Part shown: positions 10,701-25,051 of the stretch, piece by piece
Position numbering within the stretch: position 1 is the stretch's first letter
Layout of the letters: the number at the start of each line of letters is the position of its first letter
From: Eledone cirrhosa
Lineage: Eukaryota
DNA length: 64,000 bases
Reading direction: 5' to 3'
Assembly (NCBI GenBank): GCA_964016885.1
Contig: OZ024742.1
Location: forward strand, 271,932,001 to 271,996,000
The notes under the pieces: model-generated
The model's input: only the letters and a program-made list of their open reading frames with translations
What the model was told of the DNA's origin: nothing
The model's database searches: none
Translations under genes and position numbers: made by a program

Positions 10701-13496
10701 CTATGCTAGACCTATCTATTTCCCTACAAACTACTCTATCTAGATATGATCTGGATGACCCTATGCGATTTTTCCAAGTCCTCAATTGCACATTCGGGAA
10801 ATCCAATCGGTACCTGTCAGACAGTTCAAAACGCCTGAGCAGTTTGGTGAGGCTCTTGCACACTCCTCCTCTATCCGCTAATCCCACACAGTCCCAGCGT
10901 GCATCTAAGATCCCGTTCCAGTCGCCCACTAACACTAAAGAGCGGGACGTTCCAAGAAAGGTCTCCAGACGCCGGAAGAAATCAGGCCATCCGGAAAGTT
11001 TGCCCGTCTCCGCTGGTCACGTCTAGCACCACGAACTTACCTTCTGGGTCCAGGAAGATGGCCCGGATGGCGAGATACAAACCTCTCCGAAAAAGTACAG
11101 CAACTCCCACCCACCCACCCACAGATCCCGGACGGCTGGGAAATGCGTACACCTCGTAGCCGCCGAAGATCGGTGCGAAGGCCCGTGCTTCGGAGATTCT
11201 GGTCTCGCTGATGGCCACTACATCTATGTTTAGTGACCTGAGGTCGTTGAGCAGGTGGCTCTGCTTCCATGACGACCCCAAGCCACGCGCATTTATGCTG
11301 CCTATTCTGAGAGAGGTCATGTTGAAATGGAGTGGAAAAGATTGGAAAGACCACTTACCACGTAGAGGAAGGATGTTTTGTCCATCCTTTTCACTGCTTG
11401 TGGCCTTTTCCGGAAGGATGTCCTTATAAATCCTCCTGGAGAGTGTTTGTCGGAAGTCTCCGATGTCTTTGGGGAATTTTTGTTTTAGTGTCGTGTACGT
11501 TTTCTCTGTGTTGCTAGTGATTTGTATGTGTGGAGGTGGTGTGAACTTTTCGGTTGTTGTGTAGTCTTTTTCTGTGATGCTGGTGTTGTGTTGCATGTAG
11601 TGTAATAATTGGTTGTTGTTCAAATTTAATGCTGTGTAGTGTGTATTGTTTTGGTTGTTTTGTTTTGTTTGCTTTTTTTGTGGGTTTGTTTCTGTTACGC
11701 TTTTTGGTGACTTTTGTGGTGTTGGTGATGGTGGTGTTGGGGTTAATGATGGTGATGGTGTTGGTGTTTGTGGTTACGGGGTTGGTGATGCTGGTGTGGA
11801 TGGTGGCATATCTGTCCTAACTTTTTTGTTTGTTAATTTATTTGTTTCCCTCTGTATTTTGTTTTTGGAGGGGTAAGGAAGAGAATTTTTTCTTTTTTGG
11901 TTTCTTTTTTTTTCCTGATACTGTTTCCCACTCCTCGTCGTCACAATCTGCCTCCAGTTGCGATAAGCCGGGGAGTGGAAAATCCTCCACAGGCGTTGGT
12001 TTTGATTGTAGCGTGGTGGATGGTGTAGGCGCTGGTGCTAGTTCTGGGGCGTTGGGTGGTGGTGGTTTAGGTTTTGCTACTGTTGCTGGGGTTGTTGCTG
12101 TTACAGTTGCTTCTGTTGTTGCTGCTACAGTTGTTGCTGCCATTTCTGCTGCTGGTGGTGTTTATGGTTGAGTCACTGGGGTGGGTAAGAGAGGTGGCCT
12201 CAACTTTTTAGCCTGAGGGCAGAAAGCCCTTCGTTGGGTTCCTTCACCACAAACGACACACCTAGGTCTTCTGCCTTCGACGATTACGGTGAGGTGGCTG
12301 CCGTCAGTGAGGTCTATTACCTCTGGGATCTCCTCAATGGGTTTATGGTCCGCTTGGATCAGGAGTTCCATCCCAGATCCGGACCAGTTCTCCTGCTTTT
12401 CTTTTGCTATTTCTATTATGCTGGTGTTGGTCTCGATGCCGCTGAGGACGGCAGCCATTAGCCACTGAATTTCGATGGCCGGTGGAACGTGGGTCACCCT
12501 GATCTTCACAAGTCTCTGGCCACAATAGCTTGGGACGAGTGTGAAGTCGTCATTCTTAATGGGGCCATGGAGTGTTCTCTGGCCTCCTGTGGTGTTTCAA
12601 AGAACACGTCCACGTCTGATGTGGGTTTTTTTTGGCCACACATGTCCCAAAGCTTTTTGGATTTGGGACTCGGATGCCCGTTCCACTCGGCGCGATTTTA
12701 TGTTAATTGTCCGATAAGACACGGTGCATAAGCGCCGATGCTCCATTTTATTATGTGCAGAGTTTGACCCAGTATCCATCTTACCTTACCATTATTTTGG
12801 CTTCTTCTAATTCCTCCTGAGTTACCTGTATCTCTTCGCACGTTTTTGCTACACTGGCAAAACTCACGGTAGTTTTCTTAATTTCATTGTTGCTGTTGTT
12901 GTTATCGTTATTTTTGTTATTGTTAATTTTAGTTGCAGTTGTGGTGGTGGTGGCGTCAGTGGTGTTCGGTGTGGAAGGGTTCATTTTGGTTGAATTCATT
13001 TCGATATCACGAGTTAATTTATTTTTTCTTTTGTTTCTGTTTTCGCTGTGCTGCTGGTGGTGGGTGTTGTCGTTGTGGTGGTGGTGGTGGGGGTTGTCGC
13101 CACGGTGGGGGTGACGGCTTTAACAGCTGCAGTCATTGGTAAATTGCGGGAAATGAATGTCTGGCTGAGACAAATTAAAAATATTGCTACTGCTTATATT
13201 TGGCAAACGTAGTAATATTTACAATGGTGGTGTCGGTGAGAGGTGTTAGCTTGTGACGAAGGTGTGAATCTGAGTCAGCCATGATTTTTCAAAGAAATTT
13301 TTTTATTTGATAATTATAAAAAGTTTAAATTTTGGGCTCAAGGCCCCAATATTTTTGAGTGTCCTTTTCAGAAATCAATGTATGTGTACTTATATACAGT
13401 TAACAATAAACATTTTCCATAAATGCAATTTTAAACAACTGAAAATAACAAACCTTTGCGGAGCTCACGATGATACGATTTACTACATAGGTCGCC
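7780..13496 (-). mobile_element. Full-length Tx1-clade (L1 group) LINE, subfamily A, flanked by (TAA)n on both sides; frameshifted
   Basis: ORF1 from ~12999 with zinc knuckle RPRCVVCGEGTQRRAFCP; APE motifs GSINARG, VVAISET, LVGDWN, SYLDR, YTDH; RT motifs GLDGLPYE, NFRPITLLN, LDQSKPFD, ADDV; C-terminal CPRC..H...QC; 5' end GGCGAC abuts the TTA repeats. Confidence 0.93.
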
Positions 13497-13734
13497 AATA
13501 ATAATAATAATAATAATAATAAGAGAAGAAGACGCACGAGGTGGTAGAAGGTCATAGAATCGCTCCGGTAAGTTTTTGATTTTTAACATATTCAATATGA
13601 AATAACAATTCTTAGTACAAATAACGCATAAATCTCCCAATCAAGTCTCATACAATTTCGGATCCATAATATATTGTTATATCGCTCAAATATTCAGTTC
13701 TGTATTATATATTCAAAAAAGAAAATGGTTATAA

Positions 13735-13908
13735 ATGGAAGAAAACTCCCTCTGTCTACACTATATAGAACAGCCAAATAACAGCAATTTCACCAACACC
13801 AGAAACTTGATACACCACCTACCCAAAAAAAAAGCCGCTGTGTACACTAAATATAACAGCCAGATAACGGCAATTTCACCACCACCACCGCCAATCCCAG
13901 CATCATAA
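13735..13908 (+). CDS. Putative 57-aa upstream ORF in the Dong 5' leader
   Basis: MEENSLCLHYIEQPNNSNFTNTRNLIHHLPKKKAAVYTKYNSQITAISPPPPPIPAS*; reading frame is kept in homologues at 36701-36871 and 43751-43927. Confidence 0.5.
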   Translation: MEENSLCLHYIEQPNNSNFTNTRNLIHHLPKKKAAVYTKYNSQITAISPPPPPIPAS

Positions 13909-14342
13909 TAATAATTACTATTATTATTGTCTCAAGTTTTAACAAAATGTTTAATTCCAATTTTACGGGAATATCTCAACATAGATATTAAACATACGCG
14001 ACACAAACGCATAGATACTACATATCAAAACAAAACTGGTCCACTCAACAAAACTCAGTAACGACAACGCCACCACCGCCACCACTCCATCCATCATTGC
14101 TACCACCACTATTCCCCTGTTAACTTAAGAAAGGGGAAGGTGGCGGTATCACTAGACAAGGGAGAGGCTAGCAAAAGATATAAATAGATTTACTTAGTGA
14201 CCTGGCCACCGGCTAAACGTCAACAACTATGGCACTGCTGGCTCCCCCCTTCCTCACCAACAATATAAAAAGCCCCAGCACCACCATCGACATAGCCAAC
14301 AACAATAACAGGCAACTTCAGCAAAAAGTATATTATATTATT

Positions 14343-14389
14343 GTAATGCACTGGGTGATTGCTGGCCTTGTGCCTGGAGTGGAGACACT
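14343..14389 (+). mobile_element. 3'-tail fragment of the SINE inside the Dong-A leader
   Basis: GTAATGCACTGGGTGATTGCTGGCCTTGTGCC.. followed by TTATTATTA. Confidence 0.7.
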
Positions 14390-17300
14390 TATTATTATTA
14401 ATAATTTCATTCTTAAGCCACGCAATGCTCACATTAAGGAACCACTCATGATAATAACAATTTAAAAAAACAACAAAAATAAAACCCCGTGACCAAGAAA
14501 TACCGGGATGGCGGCCGGCGGGAAATAGCCGTGTCTCTAGAGGAGAACGACCCCTCTAGTCTTGGTTGACACTCGTTCTAGAAGTGGTAACACGAAATGA
14601 TTACCCCTTGGCGGATAAGGATAAAACGCGACAAAATAAAGTAAATGTCTAATGATAAAATCTCATACCGGATCGGCCGTCACCCGGGTAAAAAAGGGCC
14701 GCGTCCCTCAAAGAGGAACCAGACTGGGGTCGAAAAATCAGCTAATGGTTCAAACCTTCCCATCACTTCGGAGCTGGAGACTTCCCATAACCGGAATACT
14801 CCTACTGTTGGCCCTCCATGCTCACCACCAAGAAATCCAAAGAAAAAGAGAGAAAAATGGTCAAGGGAAGATAATAAAGAAGTCCTTGAGGCTTTCTACA
14901 TTGCCATATACTACCCATCAAATACATCGAATACAGAACAGACATATATCAACTGGAAAAAGAAACATCCCGAAAACAGAGGCTATATTAACAGTAACAA
15001 ACTAGCCAATATACGAAGAAATATTGAAAAAAAAATGTCACTAATTAATATAGAAATTGATCAGATCAAGATATTAGCACAAAGTCAGCGAAGGGAAAAT
15101 GAAACATGTGTCAGTGAAAACGAGGTAAATTGTATAACTTCGAATCCCAGGGTTGGGGCGGAATCACTGGCAACAGAACAAATTAAAGAAAGGATCGAAA
15201 AAGTGGAGGGAGTGCATGCTCAAGATGAAACTTCAAATGAAAATAATGAGATCGTAAATGATAAAGAAATGAATGAGAATGAACTTGCCAACTTGAAAGA
15301 TAAAATTATGATCGAATGGATGAAAATGAAAGAATCTGACATGTGGCAACGAGACACCCTACCTAAGATCCAGAACTCCAAACAGAACCAAAAGATAATA
15401 CACAAGACTAACATAATTCTCAAAAACATTATCATCACAAACAAACTAAACATTACTGATTTAAATCATCTCTATTATGCATCGGCTAAAGTCACCACTC
15501 ACTTATGTGGAGTGAAGATGAAAAAACAAAGGAATTCCCACAAGAAATCTACTTGGCAAGAGAACATCAATCGCCAAATAAACCTTCTCCGATCTGACAT
15601 AGACATTTTAACAAACTATAAAGTAGGTGAATATGTTAAACAAACTAAACTTAGAAAATTGAAAAGAGAGTATAGTATAAAATCAACAAGTAACATAGAA
15701 ATGCTGATAGAAATAATCAAGCAAAAAGTATCGACCAAAGCTGCTCGTATAAGGCACTTTGAAAAACGATCTAGATAAGCACAATAATATGTTCAAAAAC
15801 AACCAAAGAAACTTTTACAGAAAAATTGGTAAGACAACAATAACTGCTAAATCAATACCACCCAAGGATGATGTGCAAGAATTCTGGTAAAAGATCTGGG
15901 CTGAAGAAAAAGTTCATGACATACATGCCCCATGGATAGACAGACAAATGAAAGATACAGCTCAACTTGAGGAACAAATATGGGAAAACATTACAGTTGA
16001 ACAGTTGCGCTTGGCTCTAAGAAAAACCAGCAAATGGAAATCCCCAGGAAAAGACAGAATACAAAATTTTTGGATAAATGCCTTCACAGAGTCTCATGAG
16101 CTGTTAACCCGACTTTACAATGAAATAGTTAAGGAGCCAGAAAAGATACCATCATGGCTAGTGTACGGCATTACATTCCTGCTTCCGAAGAATGATGAGA
16201 CAAACAACCCCAAAAATTACAGACCGATAACTTGCTTGACCACAATGTATAAAATGTTAACATCAGTCCAAACTGAATACACATATGACCACCTGATAAC
16301 AAATAACCTATTTCCCATTGAGCAGAAAGGGTGTAAACGAGGCTCATATGGCTGTAAGATCAGCTTTTGGTTAACAAAATGATACTGGAAGATTGTCATA
16401 ATAGACACAAAAATCTATCAATTGCTTGGATAGATTATAAAAAAGCATTCGATAGTTGGCCACCCAGTTGGATGGAAAAATGTTTAGAGATTTTCAAAAT
16501 ATCCCCCGTTGTCAGGAGGTTCCTGTCATCCAGTATGAAGACATGGAAAACGACACTCCTTTTGAATAGTGAAACAAAATCACTGGAAGCTGGAGAAGTT
16601 AATATTAATTGTGGAATTTTTCAGGGTGACTCTTTATCACCGCTTTTATTCTGCATCGTACTTATACCATTAAGTAAAATGCTCAATGAAACAAAACATG
16701 GATATAGAGTCTATGACAAAGCCATTAATCACTTGTTCTACATGGATGACCTGAAACTATTTGCAAAAAATGATGAACAATTGCAAGGGCTATTATCCAC
16801 TGTGGAGCAGTTCAGTGATGACATTAAAATGGAGTTTGGACTAGATAAATGCGTCAAAGCAACGTTCACCAGAGGAAAGCTGCTGAAGAGTTCAGACATT
16901 AATCTTGATCGGGGGAACGTGATAAGAGAATTTGATCAAGAAAAAACTTACAAATATCTAGGTGTTTGTGAAGGAGACGGAATCAAGCACTCGAAAATGA
17001 GGGAAAGGATAAGGAAGGAATGTTACCGCAGAGTAAGAGCAATCTTAAGAACGGAATTGAATGCAAGGAATAGGATCGATGCCATAAACACGCTTGCCAT
17101 ACCAGTAGTAACCTACAGTTACAATGTCATCAACTGGTCAAGCACAGAGATCCGTAGGCTCGATACAAAAATTCGAAAATTCTTAACCATGCACAGAATG
17201 CATCACCCTAAGGCAGATATAGATATAATATATCTCCCCAGGAAAGAAGGAGGACGTGGGTTAGTCCAGTTGGACATTGCGTTGAAAACTGCAACAATTG

Positions 17301-18420
17301 GATTATCTACATATCTAAGGGAATCACATGATTGGATGATCAAACTTCTTTTGAAACACGAAAGCATCAAAAGATCATATTCCATTACAAAAGATGCACA
17401 AAGATACAGTAATGGACTACAAATTTCAGAAGTCCCATTTACTGCTGAAATGGAAAACACAGAAAAAGCAAAGCAGGTAAAAGTAACTGCAAAGAAAGAA
17501 CTGCTACAGAAACTGGCTAAGAAATGGCAAGAAAAGCCTCTGTATGGAAAATACCCAGAGCGAGCTAACAATCCTGATGTTGACAACACTTTAACCCATC
17601 GGTGGTTGGCATCCTCTGGACTGAAATCGGAGACTGAAGGACTGATTATATCAGCACAAGATCAGTGTCTGCCAACAACAAATTACCAAGCCAACATAAT
17701 AAAAAAAATGGATGCAGCCCATTATACCGTGTATGCAAAAAACAGCCAGAGACCATTGACCATATAATTTCAATGTGCAGTCCTATAGCTCCAACCGAAT
17801 ACCTAAACAGGCATGACAGAGCTGCACAATACATACATTGGATAATGTGTAAGCATTTTGACCTGCCCCATCAAAAGAATTGGTGGGACCATCAACCACC
17901 TCCCATACTTGAAAAAGATCACATCTCAATCTTGTGGAACTTTAGCATCCAAACAGACCGAAAAATAGATGCAAATAGACCTGATATAATATTGAAGGAC
18001 TTTAAAAAGAGGGTATGCCTGGTAATTGATATGTCCGTTCCAATAGACAAGAATGTATCTATAAAAACATTTGAAAAATTGAGCAAGTATAAGTACCTGG
18101 AGATAGAAATTGGAAAAATGTGGAAATTGAGAGCTAAAACAATACCAGTGGTTGTGGGTGCTCTGGGAATGATACCTAAGAGGTCTAATGATTACAGGAA
18201 ACCCGCGTATAGGAGAAATACAAAAGATAGTACTAATGGGAACTGCCCATATACCAAGGAAGATTATGTCAATATAAGTGCATCACAAGTCTAAGCACTA
18301 AAGATTCATGTGCGAGTATGTATATTCTTCCTTGAAAATGGCGGACCTTGTTGTCTCTTGAGGTCACTGGTTGTGACTTGGTGATAACTCGTATGAACAT
18401 AAAGCAAGATAAATGCAACT

Positions 18421-18421
<1 letters not shown>

Positions 18422-18457
<36 letters not shown>

Positions 18458-18499
18458 GAAGAAGAAGAAGAAGACGAAGACGAAGAAGAAGAAGAAGAA
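18422..18499. repeat. (TAA)n followed by (AAG)n microsatellite
   Basis: Directly visible. Confidence 0.95.
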
Positions 18500-18846
18500 C
18501 TATACTTTTATCAATTTTGCTACCGTCCATAGTAAAACTATACATTTTATAACTAAACTAGCTGGAGTAAATAACACTTAGAACACCACTATCTTGTTAT
18601 TTCGGAAACGTAACCTCACCTAACACACTTCTTGTATTGTATAATTTATATCCTAATCCCCCTACGTGACTTTCCATAGGGAACTACCCCTGGAACACCA
18701 TCAATAAAATCACTGATATTAACTTTATATAATTAAACCTTAAATATAATATGGTTGAATTTAAACATAATGAGGCATTCGGACCTCAGAAATAGTCTAT
18801 AGTTATATGATATATTTGGGTTAAAGCAACAATAAATATATTGTTA

Positions 18847-20988
18847 TCTACTATATAAATGACAATTTCAGTTTATTTCTGTATCTGTGTATCTGTGTAT
18901 CAGTGTATATGTGTGTAAACAGTTGGCGTCTACACCAGTGATGCGATCATGATGAAACTTTACACAAAAGGTAAGCTAATATACCGAAACAGGATTGGTC
19001 TATTGGATTTCAAGAAAAATTAAAAATGGAACCCCTGGGGACATTTTTACAATGGCGGAGGAAAAACGAGACGTTTTAGTGAGAGAGGAGGAAAACACTC
19101 CTTCCCAACTCAGTCAGTCCTCAAAAATAAGGCAACAACTTATTTGTTGTGTGTTCTTCATTCTGACAGAGAGGGATGAGAGAGGGAGAGAAGGGAATGA
19201 GAGAGTGAAAGAGAAAGTGAGCCAAAGAATGAGAGAGAGAGGCTTACGGAAGAGAGAGAAAGAAAGCAGAAAATGATAGCATAGTTCGATAACTAACTTT
19301 TATTCATTTGTTTTTAAACTCTTCTTAACTCACCCCTTTCTTAACGTTACCTCTCTTTTTCTCTCTCATTAAGTTGTAATGGGACTCTGTCTTTGTGAAC
19401 GTGTGTGTGTTCACGCGCGCGTGTTTGTATGCACGCGCACATGTGTGTCGGCGATCTTAATTTAAAGAGAAGTGTGTGTCTCTGTGTGTGTTAGAGACAT
19501 ATATATATACATGTTTGTGTGATTATTACCGTTCTTAAGTTAGAGACCTATATATGTTTGTAATTTAGAGAGAGGAAAATTTGAAGAATGCCTACACACA
19601 CACATATAGATCTAACCTATGAACAGTGATACAAACACACACACACACACACATTCATATATATGTGTGTGTATGTGTGTATGTGTGTGTGTAGACATTA
19701 TTCAACCTTTCCTCTTTCTAAAGTTAACGATATATATATATATTGCAAACAAATCCTGTGAAAAGGGGTCTTGATATGAAATCATGTGTTAAAACACATA
19801 CTGTTACATTTGGAAAGTCATGTTGTCCAAAATAATAATAAAACACACCCACTGTTTGGTTTGGTTTTCACTTCAGTTCAGTATATCTATATATTTCTAT
19901 ACATAATTTAGCTGGCAGGCAAAACCAAAGAAAGTTTTAGAAACACAATGGGAGGAAATCATTGAAGAAGTCACAGACAAAATGTGTGTGACGAAGGAAC
20001 TTTGAAAAATTATATCTATGTTGGTCAATATATGATAATCATTGATTGCCGGTTAAATTATTATTTTGGAAATATTAGGGGAACATGACCCTACACAAAT
20101 ATAACAATACCAGGGAAAAATCATATTGTCGGATACATTTGTGAATTATTTTTCCAATGTTATTTGACTTAGAGCTGGCCCTAGACAATTAATGGGTAGT
20201 CTGACAAAACAAAATGTTGTGTCATCTTCTAAGAGCTCATATTAATGTTGAGTATTACAGATCTCTCAACGCAATATTATATATCACAAAATATATCAAC
20301 AAGGGTACTGACATGGCTACGTTTGTTATTGACAAGAAACTCAATGAAGGTGGGCTGGTTGAGGTCAAACTGTATGAGACAGGTTAATGCATCTCAATAA
20401 ATTAATCTATCAGGCGGATCTTTGGATTTGATATCCACCCATGCCATCCAAAAGCGGCCAACCTCGCACTCCATCTAGAAAATGGACAGAGAGTGTATTT
20501 CACTGATACCACTGCTCATCAGTTGATACAAGAACCACCTTATATAGGTTGCAACAATGTCAGGAAAATGTGCCGGGTACAATTGTTTTATTCCCAGAAT
20601 ACATCTGAACACAACTGATTTGCTATTTGAATTTCAAAGACTTCAATTTACTTTCAGACTCAGTTTTGTCATGACCATCAATAAATCTCAAGGGCAATCC
20701 TTGAAAGTCATTGGGTTGAACCTGGCAGGTCCTGTATTTTCAGATGGTGATCTCTATGTTGGCACAAGTGTTGGAAAACCCTGATTGTCTCATCATTGAG
20801 GGGGGCAAAACTAGGCAAGTCATCATTACCACGGGGCAAAACTAAGAATGTTTTTTATCCAGAGGCTTTGGATTGAGCAAATATCGTAATTCCTTAGGCA
20901 TGTAGTTTGTAATGTATTCTGAACTTGCAACTTTACTGCACATTGTTACTTTGGAAGAACATACAGACATTCCTGGGTAGCTCTGCTA
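18847..20988 (+). mobile_element. Internally deleted Helitron
   Basis: 5' A|TCTACTATATAAA; Rep remnants HINVEY..KYINKGTDMATF and LHLENGQRVYF (~20240-20505); helicase end FRLSFVMTINKSQGQSL..GKTKNVFYPEAL (~20557-20870). The 3' terminus is degenerate, so that boundary is uncertain. Confidence 0.8.
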
Positions 20989-21349
20989 TGTACAATAGTA
21001 TAAGTGAGGTCTTTTTTATGGTAGTAAGCTCAACCTGTTAGATATAGCAGGCACATGTCTTTCAAATTCCAGTTTATTGTCTCATGTATGTATATCGGTA
21101 TGAAGCAAAAGGGAAAGGTTGTATGTGACACTACCATCTACTAGAAATATTTGCAAAATCCATTTCAAATCACAGCGAACAGTCATACACACACATACAT
21201 GTACGTGTGTGTATATATATATATGTATGTCATGGAAGCTACTATAAGTGTTGGTGTACCTAAAAGACATAGAAAATAAATCTCCCTCAAACAATATCCT
21301 ACTGCCTTAGACCTAAAGGTTAGTGAAAGCTAGTGTAAACATTTAAATT

Positions 21350-21560
21350 AACCCAGGCTCTGCTGCACTTTGGGTGAAGGACCGTAAACTCTCCAAATAT
21401 CGGTCGCTCTCCGACAGGTTTGTTGTTGAGCCAATAGCAATGGAGACTTCTGGTGTCCTTTGCTCTAGGGCTACCCAACGCACCACCGTCGGCACAGAGT
21501 TGACTAAGCGCAGGGGTGAGCGTCGCAAGCCGGAATGATTTTTCCAGCGCGCCTCCTTCA
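21350..21560 (+). mobile_element. CRE-like LINE RLE C-terminal fragment
   Basis: Translates NPGSAALWVKDRKLSKYRSLSDRFVVEPIAMETSGV..FFQRAS, fitting the K..KY..L...F.P.A.ET.G..QR pattern. Confidence 0.65.
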
Positions 21561-21792
21561 CCATCCTCTATTCCGACTGCCGGGGCTGCTGGGTGGCCAG
21601 CGCGTTAGCCCCAATTTGGTCATAATAGTGAGTGATGAGAAGATCAGGAGAGATGGAGGCAGTGACAGTGGGAGTTTGGTTCCTGGTGTATATTTATATA
21701 TTTACCACACTTACACACATTTAAATAAACTTTCCTGAATTACAGAAATCAGTACGTAAATTCTTCATTCATTCATAAACCAATGGCAAATT

Positions 21793-22010
21793 TAAATTTG
21801 CTTTTATTTTATTTGTGCTTTTTAAAATAGCCTTCACATTCTGTTTGAATTTCAGAGGTTCTGGTTGGGCAATAAAAAAAAAAAGGATATATGAAATCTA
21901 AATTTGCTTTTATTTTATTTGTGCTTTTTAAAATAGCCTTCACATTCTGTTTGAATTTCAGAGGTTCTGGTTGGGCAATAAAAAAAAAAGGATATATAAA
22001 ATCTAAATTT
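21793..22010. repeat. Tandem duplication, ~106-bp unit x2
   Basis: TAAATTTGCTTTTATTTTATTTGTGC...GGATATAT repeated at 21793 and ~21899. Confidence 0.9.
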
Positions 22011-22254
22011 ATATTTTTCGTCATGCACTTTTCACTGAAAACATGCCTAATGATTCTTCCAAGTGTGAAGCATTATATATGCTGGACAATCTTATGATAG
22101 GCTCAGCTGGCAGCCGAATCAGTCTTACATGCGATAGTAGATTTTTTACATAAACCCATAGGTCAGCGATACTCGAACACTAGACGACTGCGTGGAGGAC
22201 AGTCTGGTCTCCCTGCGAGCATCTCGGACTGGCTAGGCTTACAGCACTTCCATA

Positions 22255-22432
22255 CTAGTAAATTTTATTTCTAACTGGCAATGCTTCCGGGTAGCAATGA
22301 CAGGCCAGGGATGTCTGGAAGTTTTCAATTTGCCCGGGAACGAACATCCTACGGAAAATAATAGTTTGTTGGCTTTCGTCGACACCAGGAGTTTCACCAA
22401 AGACGTCGTCACTCCTGCCCCTCATTAACCTA
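22255..22432 (-). mobile_element. Diverged Tx1 ORF2 fragment
   Basis: GRSDDVFGETPGVDE..FQTSLACHCY..ALPVRNKIY matches the Tx1 C-terminal region. Confidence 0.8.
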
Positions 22433-22542
22433 AGAAAATGAAAATGCATATATATATATATATATACAAAGGAATTGTGGTAAGGAACAAAATGGATCAT
22501 AACGCACCAGAGTACTCAATACTTAAGGTAGTAGAGTGGGAA

Positions 22543-22655
22543 ATAGGAAAAAGTATGACCCCGACGGCAGAGTTCAAGCCGTTTCGACTGCTGTTTCAGT
22601 CCTGAAATAGCCGTCTAAACGCTTTGAGCTCTGCCGTCGTGGTCATACTTTTTCC

Positions 22656-22658
<3 letters not shown>
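22543..22658. repeat. Imperfect palindrome with ~57-bp arms at a PLE-like terminus
   Basis: ATAGGAAAAAGTATGACC...TTTCAG TC CTGAAA...GGTCATACTTTTTCCTAT, about 7 mismatches; the left part is homologous to 59480-59570. Confidence 0.85.

Positions 22659-25051
<2,393 letters not shown>

Larger units (their letters stand above)
13523..18421 (+). mobile_element. Full-length Dong/R4-clade (RLE) LINE, subfamily A, flanked by (TAA)n; ORF disrupted
   Basis: Single long ORF in pieces, 14645-18294: WKSPGKD, NYRPITCL, EQKGC, WIDYKKAFD, GIFQGDSLSPLLF, YMDDLKL, a CCHC-like motif, RHD, and RPD..D...K..KY RLE motifs; ~1.1-kb 5' leader; (TAA)n tail. Confidence 0.9.

Noticed and set aside
9047-11429. Plus-strand ORFs recurring antisense to Tx1 ORF2
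   Set aside because: Expected shadow frames of GC-rich coding sequence; their recurrence only reflects homology between copies.
10982-11623. In-frame ORF1-ORF2 fusion in Tx1 copy 1
   Set aside because: Copy 2 has 7 extra nt and a stop here; with two decayed copies the fusion cannot be supported as ancestral.
14513-14520. GGCCGGC resembling the HDV ribozyme P1 start
   Set aside because: No complementary P1 3' strand or P3/L3 motif found downstream.
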